DNA of 64,000 nucleotides. It comes from Neoechinorhynchus agilis. Lineage: Eukaryota; Animalia; Acanthocephala. Below the pieces are notes generated by a model that had not been told where the DNA came from, searched no databases, and worked only from the letters and a program-made list of their open reading frames with translations. The stretch is taken from assembly GCA_051530055.1 (NCBI GenBank), contig CM121343.1, positions 3,690,389-3,754,388 on the forward strand, read 5' to 3'. Below, in pieces: positions 10,820-23,340 of this stretch. Numbering within the stretch: position 1 is the stretch's first letter; the number at the start of each line of letters is the position of its first letter. The translations under genes and the position numbers were made by a program.

Positions 10820-11584
10820 ATGGATATGCAGCCGATAAAATGCGTCATTGTCGGCGACGGGTAATGTTGTTTTGGCCGTGTATTGATGTACTCATTGGAT
10901 TATTCGAAGGGCTGTGGGAAAGACTTGTCTTTTAATATCTTACACAACCAAGACGTTTCCAGTGGAATACATCCCAACAGTTTTCGATAACTACTCCGGT
11001 AAGGTTATAGTTGAAGGAATATCCGTGAATCTCGGTCTATGGGATACCGCTGGTCAAGAAGACTATGATCGTCTTCGACCTCTTTCATATCCGCAAACAG
11101 TTAGCATTTCCTCATTTAGCTCTTTTTTGGCATCCTTTTTTTAGGATGTTTTTCTTATATGTTTTTCTCTCGTGAGCAGAGCTTCCTACTTGAACGTAAA
11201 GTCAAAGGTTCGTGCGGCGCTCCGATGGCAACGGACATTTTCGGTGTTTTTAGTGGAGACCTGAAATTAGTCATCATTGTCCAAACACGCCCGTGATTCT
11301 GGTTGGTACTAAATTGGATCTACGGCATGACCGGAGAATGAATACGGTACGGAGTTTATGAACAACAACAATTCTTGAACTCATGTGCCTTTCAGGACAG
11401 AAACTCCAATGAAATTTCTTATAACGAAGGCACACAGCTAGCAAAGGAGATCCAAGCCATCAAGTACGTAGAATGCTCATCTCTCAGGCAAGAAGGTGTG
11501 AAGGTAGTCTTTGACGAAGCAATAAGAGCTGTTCTTTTTCCTGCACAAAAAAACAACTGTAAACGAAAATGTAACATTTTGTGA
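10820..11584 (+). CDS. RAC1: Rac-family small GTPase, 5 exons
   Basis: Exons 10820-10860, 10910-11099, 11145-11207, 11254-11346, 11396-11584, joined by GT-AG introns of 45-49 nt. Motifs [52 protein letters not shown] and CAAX box CNIL. Exact Rac paralogue uncertain. Confidence 0.9.
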
Positions 11585-11904
11585 AAATCCGACAAAATCC
11601 AAGTCTATTTATGTCCGTCCGATGTTTACTCACTGCATTCTCATCCGCAAACACGTCATCGAAGGAACAACACGCCAACACGGTTCCTGACAACAACAAC
11701 ACTTATTTAATCGTTTTATTTTATCATAAACATTTCGGTTCACCCATTTTGTCTATTTCGCAATAATGAAAATTTCATCCGTTTATCCACAGAAAATCCT
11801 TCGGAATTATAGAATTGATGATGTGGTCATCGTAATCCAGGACGCAGCAAATAAGGGCGGGTGGCGATCCCGCGTTTTCAATATAAAACAACTAACATTT
11901 TTTT

Positions 11905-13485
11905 AGATGAGTGATGACGCGAGCTATCTTCGTGAAATATTTCAAAAAAATATTTTCTATCCGGGATTATGATGACCACATCTCCATCATCCCGAAGGAT
12001 AATCTCCCTCAATGATGAGGTGAGCTATCTTTATGAAATATTTTAATAAAATATTTTCTATCCGGGATTATGATGACCAAATCTCCATCATCCCGAAAGA
12101 TTATCTCCCTCGATGATGAGGTGAGCTATCCTTGTGAAATATTTTAAAATATTTTCTATCCGGGGTTATGATGACCAAATCTCCATCATCCCGAAAGATT
12201 ATCTCCCTCGATGATGAGGTGAGCTATCTTTATGAAATATTTTAATGAAATATTTTCTATTCGGGATTATGATGACCAAATCTCCATCATCCCGAAAGAT
12301 TATCTCCCTCGATGATGAGGTGAGCTATCCTTGTGAAATATTTTAATAAAATATTTTCTATCCGGGATTATGATGACCACATCTCCATCATCCCGAAGGA
12401 TTATCTCCCTCGATGATGAGGTGAGCTATCCTTGTGAAATATTTTAATGAAATATTTTCTATCCGGGATTATGATGACCAAATCTCCATCATCCCGAAAG
12501 ATTATCTCCCTCGATGATGAGGTGAGCTATCTTTATGAAATATTTTAATGAAATATTTTCTATTCGGGATTATGATGACCAAATCTCCATCATCCCGAAA
12601 GATTATCTCCCTCGATGATGAGGTGAGCTATCCTTGTGAAATATTTTAAAATATTTTCTATCCGGGATTATGATGACCACATCTCCATCATCCCGAAGGA
12701 TTATCTCCCTCAATGATGACGTGAGCTATCCTTGTGAAATATTTTAAAATATTTTCTATCCGGGATTATGATGACCACATCTCCATCATCCCGAAGGATT
12801 ATCTCCCTCGATGATGATGTGAGCTATCTTTGTGAAATATTTTAATAAAATATTTTCTATCCGGGATTATGATGACCACATCTCCATCATCCCGAAAGAT
12901 TATCTCCCTCCATGATGATGTGAGCTATCCTTGTGAAATATTTTAATAAAATATTTTCTATCCGGGATTATGATGACCACATCTCCATCATCCCGAAAGA
13001 TTATCTCCCTCAATGATGAAGTGAGCTATCTTTATGAAATATTTTAAAATATTTTCTATCCGGGATTATGATGACCACATCTCCATCATCCCGAAGGATT
13101 ATCCCCCTCGGTGATGATGTGAGCTATCTTTGTGAAATATTTTAATAAAATATTTTCTATCCTGGATTATGATCACCACGTCTCCATCATCCCGAAGGAT
13201 TATCTCCCTCGATGATGATGTGAGCTATCTTTATGAAATATTTTAAAATATTTTCTATCCTGGATTATGATCACCACATCACCATCATCCCGAAGGATAA
13301 TCTCCCTCAATGATGAGGTGAGCTATCTTTATGAAATATTTTAAAATATTTTCTATCCGGGATTATGATGACCACATCTCCATCATCCCGAAGGATTATC
13401 TCCCTCGATGACGATGATGCGAGGTTTCCCCGTGAAATATTTTAATAAAATTTGCTTTATCCGGGATTATGATCACCAAAAGTTG
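11905..13485 (+). repeat. Tandem array, ~98-101-bp unit, ~16 copies (left arm of inverted pair)
   Basis: Unit GAGCTATCTTTATGAAATATTTTAATAAAATATTTTCTATCCGGGATTATGATGACCACATCTCCATCATCCCGAAGGATTATCTCCCTCGATGATGAGGT. Confidence 0.97.
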
Positions 13486-14288
13486 AATTTTAATATCACT
13501 GATCGGGACACTGTTGGAATCTAGAATAAAATAATTTTTTACGTGTACACAAAAACGATTGTTTCCATTCCACCGGTAGTTTTTAGTTTAAACCGGCATG
13601 CGAACCTTTTTGGGCAAATCATAGTGATTATTCCTTTGAGTTCGGGATTGCTTTTGATCTATCAATTTAATTATACTCGAAGAACCAATCACGACCGAAT
13701 TCGCAGCTTCTCAAGGTAGTGCCTTTAATACTGATGACATTCCGTCGCTGGACAGTCATTTTTATCCTATGAAGAAAGTCCTACTCCTGTGAGTTATGAA
13801 AAATGACTCTAGAAAAGGTTTACTGATCAACGAATCCTTGGAGAAATTAAGCTCAACAATCGCAAAGATGTAAAATCGATTACTGAATTCGTATCGGGTA
13901 GAATTGGAAAAAATAACTTCAGAAAAGTTCAACTTTGAGTTGGTTTCAAAGAATTAATTGGAAAGGAGCAATTTAGCTATTACCGGAAAGGAAAAATGTC
14001 TTCGGGAAGACAAGACAGTTTGTATTCTTTAAACCCCGATTTCTATTTGGGAAAGTGCGTCTTGAAAGTTTTACTATGCAAATAGGTCAAGATTAAAAGA
14101 TGTTCAATTATGAAACCAACAAAATCTTCATACTAAAATACGCCGCAAATCTATACCTATGATTGGTATAATCTCTCATGATTTCTAATCGAACAACGTC
14201 TTATAATCGTTTTCAATTTAAGCAACTAATTTCAGATTTGCTTTGTGTAATAGTTTGAATTATTAAACGTTTGCACCTTCATTAAATC

Positions 14289-14886
14289 ATGGGATCATCA
14301 ACGGAATCCGCTTATGAACAAACGGCTAAAACCGTCAAAGGATCTAAATTAAGTAGTCAATCAAAAACAAGTTTACCATTGGCAACTGTAATGCATCTAT
14401 CATGCCTAGCACTAGTAATTGTATCCATTATTATTGAAAATCAATCATATTACGAATTCCCAATTGGATTATTCCCCGAAGTATGTATTTAAGTGATTTT
14501 CATTGTACCTTTCCTTATTTTTATCGGTATAATTATTTCACAGCGGCGAAAAATTCAAAAGAACTACAACGAACACTTTCCAGTTTCTTACCGAAATTGG
14601 ATTTCCAACACAATCCTAGTGGCCTCAATCGTCTTTATTTTCAGTAAAGGTATGATTCTCAAATTGTTTTAATTTTAAGCTCATACTTGCAGGAATTCTA
14701 CGAATAACAACAAATTCGATCATTTTGGTCATCCTATTTTTGGATGTAATTAATCCCGAAGATTTAATTGCCTTTAATACGTTGATTATGTGGAGAATGG
14801 TGCAAATCTTTCGCTTATATATAGAAATTATCAAAGATCTCAATGCTCGAAGCCACTATTTCGAGGTAGCGCTAAGTAAAATGTAA
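14289..14886 (+). CDS. Spliced four-TM membrane protein resembling a degenerate Hv1/VSOP voltage-sensor domain
   Basis: Exons 14289-14480, 14544-14649, 14693-14886 with canonical GTATGT..CAG (63 nt) and GTATGA..CAG (43 nt) introns give 163 aa. Segments: ISNTILV...K (S2-like), LFLDVI (S3-like), AFNTLIMWRMVQIFRLYIEII (S4-like). Further candidate exons at 15585-15629 and 15799-15816. Confidence 0.55.
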
Positions 14887-16049
14887 TTTTTCAATTTTAA
14901 ATTACACAACGCGAAAATGACGGGAACTCATTTGTGTACAAAAGCAAAATGATCTCGATTCGCGATCGATCAAATAGTCAGCATACTAACCGAAGACGAG
15001 GTTTATGACGTCTCATCCTTCCAGAGATTAAATCAATGCTCAGATTCGTTGCATAAATGAACTTTAGCATCGAGTTTCTAACAATTTCATTGCCGTTTTA
15101 TTTGTGGATTCGAGTAAGCTCACAGTTTAAACGTTCTATTCTCCGATTTTGCAAGAATGCACGAAATGGTTCGTTATGTAGAACTTGGACGAGAAAAACT
15201 AGTTTTACGCTTCTCAAAGCCAAAAACAATTTTAATTGCACTCTTGTTAAAGATTGCACACAGAATCTCTAAAATCGTAAAAGTAATAAAAGGGATCTTT
15301 TCACCAGATTAATTGCTTTATTCATTAAATTTAATTATACTCACAGCATCAATCACAACTCCCCTCAATGAACAGTTTTGTTTATCCTCTGAAAGTCTTA
15401 CTCCTGTGGTCGTTTCCCTCATTCCGCGGCTCAATTTGTCGTGCTGAACCACGGAAAATGTTCACTGTGAAACAATTAAGATGGATTAAAAGATCTCACA
15501 AATGCATAAAATTGAATTGATATGCTTATTGCAAATTTGAATTGGAAGCTTTTATTGACATCTGAGATTTCAATTGATTTTCAGTCCAATGAATTGCAAA
15601 TACGGAAAGGACACGAACGGATATTCGAGGTAAACTTGAAACGAGCCAGCTTTTAAAGCCGAAAAAACTATGAATTGTGCTTACGAATAAAGGAGAAAAG
15701 CTTTTGAGCTCCTTAGATATTTCTAAATCTTTGGCTGATGAACCTAGTTAACGTTGCTAAAGACGTTTGGAGTTTTTCCTCAAATCTCTATATTGTAGAA
15801 GAAGATTCAACGATAATTGTTTTTAATTCCCGTGGTGCATTCTTTTAAACGAATTTTGAGGCTTTTCTTACAGCCACAAAAATCATACAGTTCAAGTGCG
15901 TAATTCATTTTGATTTTGACCATTTATACGTTATTCCAAAAAAAGGATAATTCGCCAAAGTAACGCTTCCTCGGTGAAAAGAGAGGTGCTGCTTCCTCGG
16001 CGGACTCCGATTTCGTGCCATTCGAGGGCGCTAGAGGAATCCGCCGGGG

Positions 16050-17822
16050 ATGTCGTTATCGCAATCGCGGAAGCTCGCATCATCATCGAGGGAGATAATC
16101 CTTTGGGATGATGGAGATGTGGTCATCATAATCCCGGATAGAAAATATTTTAAAATATTTCACAAGGATAGCTCACATCATCATTGAGGGAGATAATCCT
16201 TTGGGATGATAGAGATGTGGTCATCATAATCCCGGATAGAAAATATTTTATTAAAATATTTCACAAAGATAGCTCACATCATCATCGAGGGAGATAATCC
16301 TTCGGGATGAAGGAGATGTGGTGATCATAATCCCGGATAGAAAATATTTTAAAATATTTCATAAAGATAGCTCACATCATCATTGAGTGAGATTATCCTT
16401 CGGGATGAAGGAGATGTGGTGATCATAATCCCGGATAGAAAATATTTTAAAATATTTCATAAAGATAGCTCACATCATCATTGAGGGAGATTATCCTTCG
16501 GGATGACGGAGATGTGGTGATCATAATCCCGGATAGAAAATATTTTAAAATATTTCACAAGGATAGCTCACCTCATCATCGAGGGAGATAATCTTTCGGG
16601 ATGATGGAGATTTGGTCATCATAATCCCGGATAGAAAATATTTCATTAAAATATTTCACAAGGATAGCTCACATCATCATTGAGGGAGATAATCCTTCGG
16701 GGTGATGGTGATGTGGTGATCATAATCCCGGATAGAAAATATTTCACAAGGATAGCTCACCTCATCATTGAGGGAGATTATCCTTCGGGATGATGGTGAT
16801 GTGGTGATCATAATCCAGGATAGAAAATATTTTAAAATATTTCATAAAGATAGCTCACATCATCATTGAGGGAGATAATCCTTCGGGATGATGGAGATGT
16901 GGTCATCATAATCCCGGATAGAAAATATTTATTAAAATATTTCACAAGGATAGCTCACATCATCATCGAGGGAGATAATCCTTCGGGATGATGGAGATGT
17001 GGTGATCATAATCCCGGATAGAAAATATTTTATTAAAATATTTCACAAAGATAGCTCACATCATCATCGAGGGAGATAATCCTTCGGGATGATGGAGATG
17101 TGGTCATCATAATCCCGGATAGAAAATATTTTAAAATATTTCATAAAGATAGCTCACATCATCATTGAGGGAGATAATCCTTCGGGATGATGGAGATGTG
17201 GTCATCATAATCCCGGATAGAAAATATTTTAAAATATTTCACAAGGATAGCTCACATCATCATCGAGGGAGATAATCCTTCGGGATGATGGAGATGTGGT
17301 CATCATAATCCCGGATAGAAAATATTTTATTAAAATATTTCACAAGGATAGCTCACATCATCATCGAGGGAGATAATCCTTCGGGATGATGGAGATGTGG
17401 TCATCATAATCCCGGATAGAAAATATTTTATTAAAATATTTCACAAGGATAGCTCGCATCATCATCGAGGGAGATAATCCTTCGGGATGATGGAGATGTG
17501 GTCATCATAATCCCGGATAGAAAATATTTTATTAAAATATTTCACAAGGATAGCTCACATCATCATCGAGGGAGATAATCCTTCGGGATGATGGAGATGT
17601 GGTCATCATAATCCCGGATAGAAAATATTTTATTAAAATATTTCACAAGGATAGCTCACCTCATCATCGAGGGAGATAATCCTTCGGGATGATGGAGATG
17701 TGGTCATCATAATCCCGGATAGAAAATATTTTATTAAAATATTTCACAAGGATAGCTCACATCATCATCGAGGGAGATAATCCTTCGGGATGATGGAGAT
17801 GTGGTCATCATAATCCCGGACG
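16050..17822 (-). repeat. Tandem array of the same ~100-bp unit in reverse orientation, ~17 copies (right arm)
   Basis: Unit GGAGATGTGGTCATCATAATCCCGGATAGAAAATATTTTATTAAAATATTTCACAAGGATAGCTCAC... is the reverse complement of the 11905-13485 unit. Confidence 0.97.
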
Positions 17823-18177
17823 TAGAAGATCCCTGAGCCTAAGAAATGGCGTTTCCGCGTACGCAACAAACCCTGAAATCCCGAAGGATTTTCTCGAGAA
17901 TGTAGTATTTATCTTCTAAAAGTCAGGATTCTTTAAGCGGGAAGAAACTCGAACTCCATGAAAACATTTCCATTCCGTGGAATTTGTATTGATTTTGTTC
18001 TAGGCAGTGGCGATTTTTTTGATGTTCTCTATGTTTGTGGGGAATTTTACACTCTATTTGATAAAAGTAGAATTTATCGTTTTTGGGACAGTAATTAATA
18101 ATCCTTTCATTTTATTTTGACCTCTTTTTTTTACAAAAACATGCAATTTTGTTACTTGAGTTATTGATTTTAGATTG

Positions 18178-20583
18178 ATGTCGTTCAGCTTTACAATCCT
18201 AAAACATAAAATTGGCTTTAGAAATTTTGTAGCTTTATCAACATCGATTAAAGTAACTGAAGAACAAGTGAAAACTATAGTTCAACATTTGCCGTCCCAA
18301 TATAATCCCAAAAAAGGTATGGATATAAGTTTAGTAGAAGGCATTTTATCTGAGACATTTAATCGGGATTTATTGACATTTGAGGAATTCCCATCTAAAT
18401 CGAACACGGACGAGGTCCTCGGTTATATCGAGGAAATATCGAGCTATTGCCGAGATATTATGAGAAGAACCAACTCAAAAGTACTTTCAATCGCGCAGTC
18501 TGAAAATACGAAAATAAATTCAATAATTGAATTTAATGCTTCAAACCCCAAAGAAATGAACCCTTTCTTTAATCCATCGAGTATTTCTCAGGCAGTTCAA
18601 CTCGGTTTGTTTGGTCTATGCGCTCCTTTGAACTTCGGTGGAAGTCAAAGACCTCCGTTTGGCATCACTGCTATCTTGGAAACTCTCGGATTCTATGATG
18701 TATCTTTTGCGTCCTTTATTGCTATGCACAATCTTTGGATAGTTCGTCCAATCGTTTTATATGGAACTCGGGACCAAAAGGCCCACCTACTGCCCAGTTT
18801 GGTCAAAGGCGATCTTACTGGTACACTTTTATCAATCAATCGGTATCAGAATCTATGCTTCGGTTTCCATTATTTGGCTTTTGACCGACTACCAATACGA
18901 ACCCAACGAAATGATGAAAACTGTGTACTGGAGGCGAAATTTAGATATCATCCGAGTTGAATATCGGTCTTTATTTACAGTTCTAGCTTTCATATTTAAG
19001 CTTGTTACTGACATTAAAACGATGGATTTCAATTTAGCATCAACAAAGCAAATAGCCATAATAGTTTGATTTTTTGTTACTCTTTTTAGCACCATAAGCA
19101 TTTTCTATAACGATTTGTTTTTGCAAATTCTACGGTAAGAATGAAAAAGCGAAGCAATAGACGATTTCACCGTTCGTGGACGAAATGTGACACTCAGAAA
19201 AGTGGAAGAAGACAAATCGAAACTTGGTCACGGTCTCAAGCAATGGAATAAGTCGACATGGCTTGGTGACGCCTTTTATAAAGTCCCCAATGTGCCCTGT
19301 GAAATAACTATTTCGGTTCAATCTAAGCACGCAGTCTGGTCCAGATTCTCCAATGAAGTTCTGTATGAGCACGATTACGTGGGTCTTGAACCACTTGGTT
19401 TTGGGGTTCTTACATCAGTGGTGGTTCTCCCTTGGCAACCAGGATATTCGTAAATCCACTAAAGGAGAATCTTCGAAGAAAATGAAGCTTTGATCAACAG
19501 CGTTGACTATTACGGTAGGCTTCGATGTAACGCTGACCAGTTTTCGAATGATATAATCGATTCGGAAAGTTATCAATTTCTTGCGATAGCTGGAGGAGTT
19601 TTAAAACGAGCACTCGAAATTTCTCTTGCGAACGCATGCAAGAATGAACGCTTCGGACAACCAGTGCATTCATTGGAAGCAATACAAATTGTGCTGGGTG
19701 AGGTTCATACTTGTGCCTATGTTATTGAGAGTTTAGTATATTTCATAAGTAGCATGGGTCATGGATCAAACGGGAGAATCGATAGATCCATCGAATCAAG
19801 TCTTGCTATACTCTTTGGTCCAAGATTTGTAATAGATGCATTAGAGTCTCTAATGGATATTTGTCCGTTGAATGCAGCTTTAAAGATCCGGCACGATATC
19901 GATGGTATCAAGACTATGGCATACGCACTTGGACAGTGTGCTGATATGGCATATGTAAAGAATTATATTTTATATCATTAATTCTTCATTTTCCATCTAG
20001 AATTAATGTACTAACAAATACTCATAAAATTCTACTCTCTAGTACTTCAAGAAGAGATATTCTCAAAATGAAGGGTAACCGAAGAAGCCAAACAATTCAG
20101 TCCTTTTTAAGGAAAATGAAATCTTCTTTGATTGAACGACTGGCGTGTTGCCAGGATGGTCGTGCATCTAATGAATGGATTAAAAATAGTCATCAGCTTC
20201 CTTACAAGTTATACGAAGTTGTTCATCCATCTCTCGAACAATCAGCAATGATGCTCGAGTTTGCATCTTACAATCTGGATGTGGCTTCCAAGTTCATGGT
20301 AGTATCAGCTTGTCCAGCAAACTGGTTCCTTCTATGCGCTTTTGATGTGATTTGCATGGCAGCGTGCATTTCGAGAGCAAGCAGATCTTATTGTATTGGA
20401 CTTCGAAACGCAGACGATGAACGAATCATGACTAACGCTTTTTGTCACAGAAAAGTTAATGATATTAAAGAATTAATTGAAACTTGCTGCTATGGCGATC
20501 ATCAAAAAGCTGTTCTAATTCCTAAGAAACCATTCGATATATTTGGCGTACAAGTACCACAACATCCGTTCGACAATAGCTAG
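18178..20583 (+). CDS. ACAD9: Divergent ACAD9/VLCAD-family protein, multi-exon
   Basis: GLFGL...GG, GT.DQKAHLLPSLVKG, LFTVLA, GGVLKRALE..A...ERFG, AYVIESLVY and ASRSYCIGLRNADDE match acyl-CoA dehydrogenase 9/VLCAD segments in order across four ORF pieces. Some junctions (18950-19190) are unresolved. Confidence 0.75.
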
Positions 20584-21532
20584 AAATCGTGTGATACGTT
20601 CTGAATTTGTTGCCCTGTTTTTCCAGTTCAAAAAAGAACCTTTCATTGTTTACTTTTACTGGAATTCGCATAAATATTGTAGGTGCGAAATAAACCTTTT
20701 AGCGTCCAGAATAATGCCTTTTCTGAAAAAAGCTTAGGTATAATCCGTTCGAACAAAAGTGACATCAAACCAACCGTGAGATTATTGCCATAGTTGGTCA
20801 ACTTGGATTCGTCAGGGTTTGAAATCAATCCATTTTGATTCATGATATTGCTTTCCATCACCAAAAGAAGAGCAAGGAATGAGGACCCAAAGTCCTCACG
20901 AGTCTTACCGAGATCATCTCCTGTGATCTAGTTGATTAGCCGGAAATCTACATGGTCCATTGCAAAACTGGAAGTTGGGACGATGGGGAGCACTCGTCGC
21001 CGGAGTCTCAGTATCCGCCAATGCTGGATCACCGTTGAGAACTTCCACCAGAGTCCCTTTTGCCTATCAATGTTCAGGTTTTCTAAAAGACCTGTCCGGA
21101 AAGCGTGGTGGCGAATGGCCCTCGAAGTCCCAACCGACATAGTTTTGCTGGGTAGTCCCGTATTTTAGAGTTTCCCACTAAAGGGTGGTTGGATTTCCGA
21201 CACCTCATGAGATTATTCGAATATATTCAATACTTATTTTAATATGGTTCTTCCTTTAAGACGTCTCAATGATTCTGAGGTTCTCGGAATCCAGTGTTTT
21301 ACCTCAATGAAGATGATTTTTTCGTTTATGTGTACATTCGCAAGCAATGTGTGGAAATTGTAAAGACTCAATCGCCATGGATGATACTTTTCATAATATG
21401 TTATTTGTAAGAGCATGACGTTGATATAATCGAGATTCTTAGATTTGATGTATTTGTAGAAATTCCGGTAACGGTTAAAACTAAAAAGTGGGTACTTTTT
21501 CGGTCGTAGTCATGGCAACCTTATAAGCAAAA

Positions 21533-22672
21533 GTGATATACTGTTTAATTGATAACAATACTATGGCGTGCTCTCAAGCACAAGAGTTGGTAATCCACGT
21601 GATAGATACGGCAAAGAGAGTAGTGGATTTCTGTTTGAGTATAATGGATGTAACAAGAATACAGAAACGGCATGCTTTGGTGTATATGGACGTTTGCTAC
21701 GAAGCCGGACAAGTGAGTCGAATTCCGCAATGCGATTTTGGTTTCAATTTGGATTTTGATTTGCTTTTATTCCGAAAAATGATAACTAAAGCTTGTGAAC
21801 GAGCACGTGACACACTCACAGAGCTGAGGGTTCAAAGACTGACAAAACCGAATTCGTCTATTAAGCTTAGACCAGGTTTAGAATCAAAATTTGAGAGTTT
21901 TAAAGCAAACCTCAGTCGATTTTCGATTGAGATTGAAAATGAAAAAGTGATTGAAAGAAATGAATTGAGAAATTTCAGAGAAATTCTATACATGCTTGAA
22001 CAAATGGCTATAAGCGTAAGACTCCTATTCTGTTATTTGTCCCAATCAGTCAAAATAAAAGACACGGTGTTATTTGCAGCTCCTATTACAGACGCGATGA
22101 GCGTAATGGCCGCAGTGATGGAAAGTATCGACAAATTGGCGAAAAGACCATCTTCAATTTCCGTAAAAACCGGCAATTATCCGGGATGGTCGCATCAAAA
22201 GGAAGTTGAACGAGCACATGAACTGTTTCTTATTATGCAAAAAGAGTGGGGATATCCTTCAGACGATGAAGATGAATTCGATGAAGAATTAAGTGAAATA
22301 GACGAAGGTGAATTTGACACTGATGAGGAAGATAAAGCCACACCAGTTGGTGGAACGCACCCGATTAAGAAATCTAACAAAAGCACCGGTCATAAATCTA
22401 AAAGTCGAGCCAACAAGGACGCCGATCAAAGGAGTGCCAATGAAGGTAGAAAAAAGAGAAGTTCGCACCGCAGTGGAAGGAGAAGGCGGAGGAGGAGGGG
22501 AACTACAGGAAGGCACCATAGGCGAAGGAAAAGACGAGAAGCCCATAAAGGAAGGACAGAAGATACATCCAATGACGGTTCATCGAGAAATTCCTCCAAG
22601 GAAATGTCGAACAAATCGTCAAAAAAAGACCGCAGAGATAGGCGACATAATAGGAATCACAGCACTAAATAA
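21533..22672 (+). CDS. Hypothetical protein: helical N-terminus, acidic linker, R/K/S/H-rich tail
   Basis: 379-codon intronless ORF with SDDEDEFDEE followed by RRRRRRG..RRRKRR. No family recognised. Confidence 0.65.
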   Translation: MIYCLIDNNTMACSQAQELVIHVIDTAKRVVDFCLSIMDVTRIQKRHALVYMDVCYEAGQVSRIPQCDFGFNLDFDLLLFRKMITKACERARDTLTELRVQRLTKPNSSIKLRPGLESKFESFKANLSRFSIEIENEKVIERNELRNFREILYMLEQMAISVRLLFCYLSQSVKIKDTVLFAAPITDAMSVMAAVMESIDKLAKRPSSISVKTGNYPGWSHQKEVERAHELFLIMQKEWGYPSDDEDEFDEELSEIDEGEFDTDEEDKATPVGGTHPIKKSNKSTGHKSKSRANKDADQRSANEGRKKRSSHRSGRRRRRRRGTTGRHHRRRKRREAHKGRTEDTSNDGSSRNSSKEMSNKSSKKDRRDRRHNRNHSTK

Positions 22673-23046
22673 CTTATTTTGAAAAATATTAAGGTTTTTC
22701 GTTACTTAACGGTTGTCTAAAAACATTACTCGAGACATTTGTTTGTCCAAATCAGTTTTAAGGGGAGTGTTACCGCAAGTTTAATCGTGTTTCATTTTTG
22801 AATAAATGAATTGCAAGAAATACCGACGACCATCATTTCTTCTTACCAGTGAAAAGGTCAGTTTCGGTTTAAATAGCAGCGTCCTTTTAGGACAGAATTC
22901 TCACGGCGTTCCAAAAAATTAAATATTCAAGCAATTAGAAAAAGAGTCGAACTTTTCTAAATTCGATATCGTTGCCCCAAGTTTAAAATTCAGAGACTAT
23001 ATTTATGCGTACATTTCGGCACCCAATCATAATCTTAAATGGTCTT

Positions 23047-23340
23047 TGAACATAATCCTGCGGTTAAAGATTTCTTTTATTATAATGAAATATTTCGAAA
23101 GAGGAAATCTCATCCGGGAAATTGCTTTTAAGTTTTCTCAACTGTGAATGAACCCAAAAGATCTTCTTGATATGATTTAATCATAATATTGAATTGCGGT
23201 GTTGGTGGTGATGAACATAATCCCCCGGTTAAAGATTTCTTTTATTATAATGAAATATTTCGAAAGAGGAAACCTCATCCGGGAAATTGCTTTTAAGTTT
23301 TCTCAACTGTGAATAAACCCAAAGGATCTTCTTGATATGA
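23047..23340. repeat. Direct tandem duplication, ~165-bp period, 2 copies
   Basis: AACATAATCC..CGGTTAAAGATTTCTTTTATTATAATGAAATATTTCGAAAGAGG..GATCTTCTTGATATGA occurs at ~23050 and ~23215. Confidence 0.9.

Noticed and set aside
14478-14545. In-frame TAA at 14490-14492 as a pseudogene lesion or readthrough
   Set aside because: It lies within a canonical 63-nt GTATGT..TTCACAG intron whose removal keeps the frame.
20880-21200. Minus-strand peptide LVGNSKIRD..TLSG resembling an SGNH/LINE ORF1 motif
   Set aside because: It needs an unusually short intron or a frameshift, and the similarity is too weak to support.
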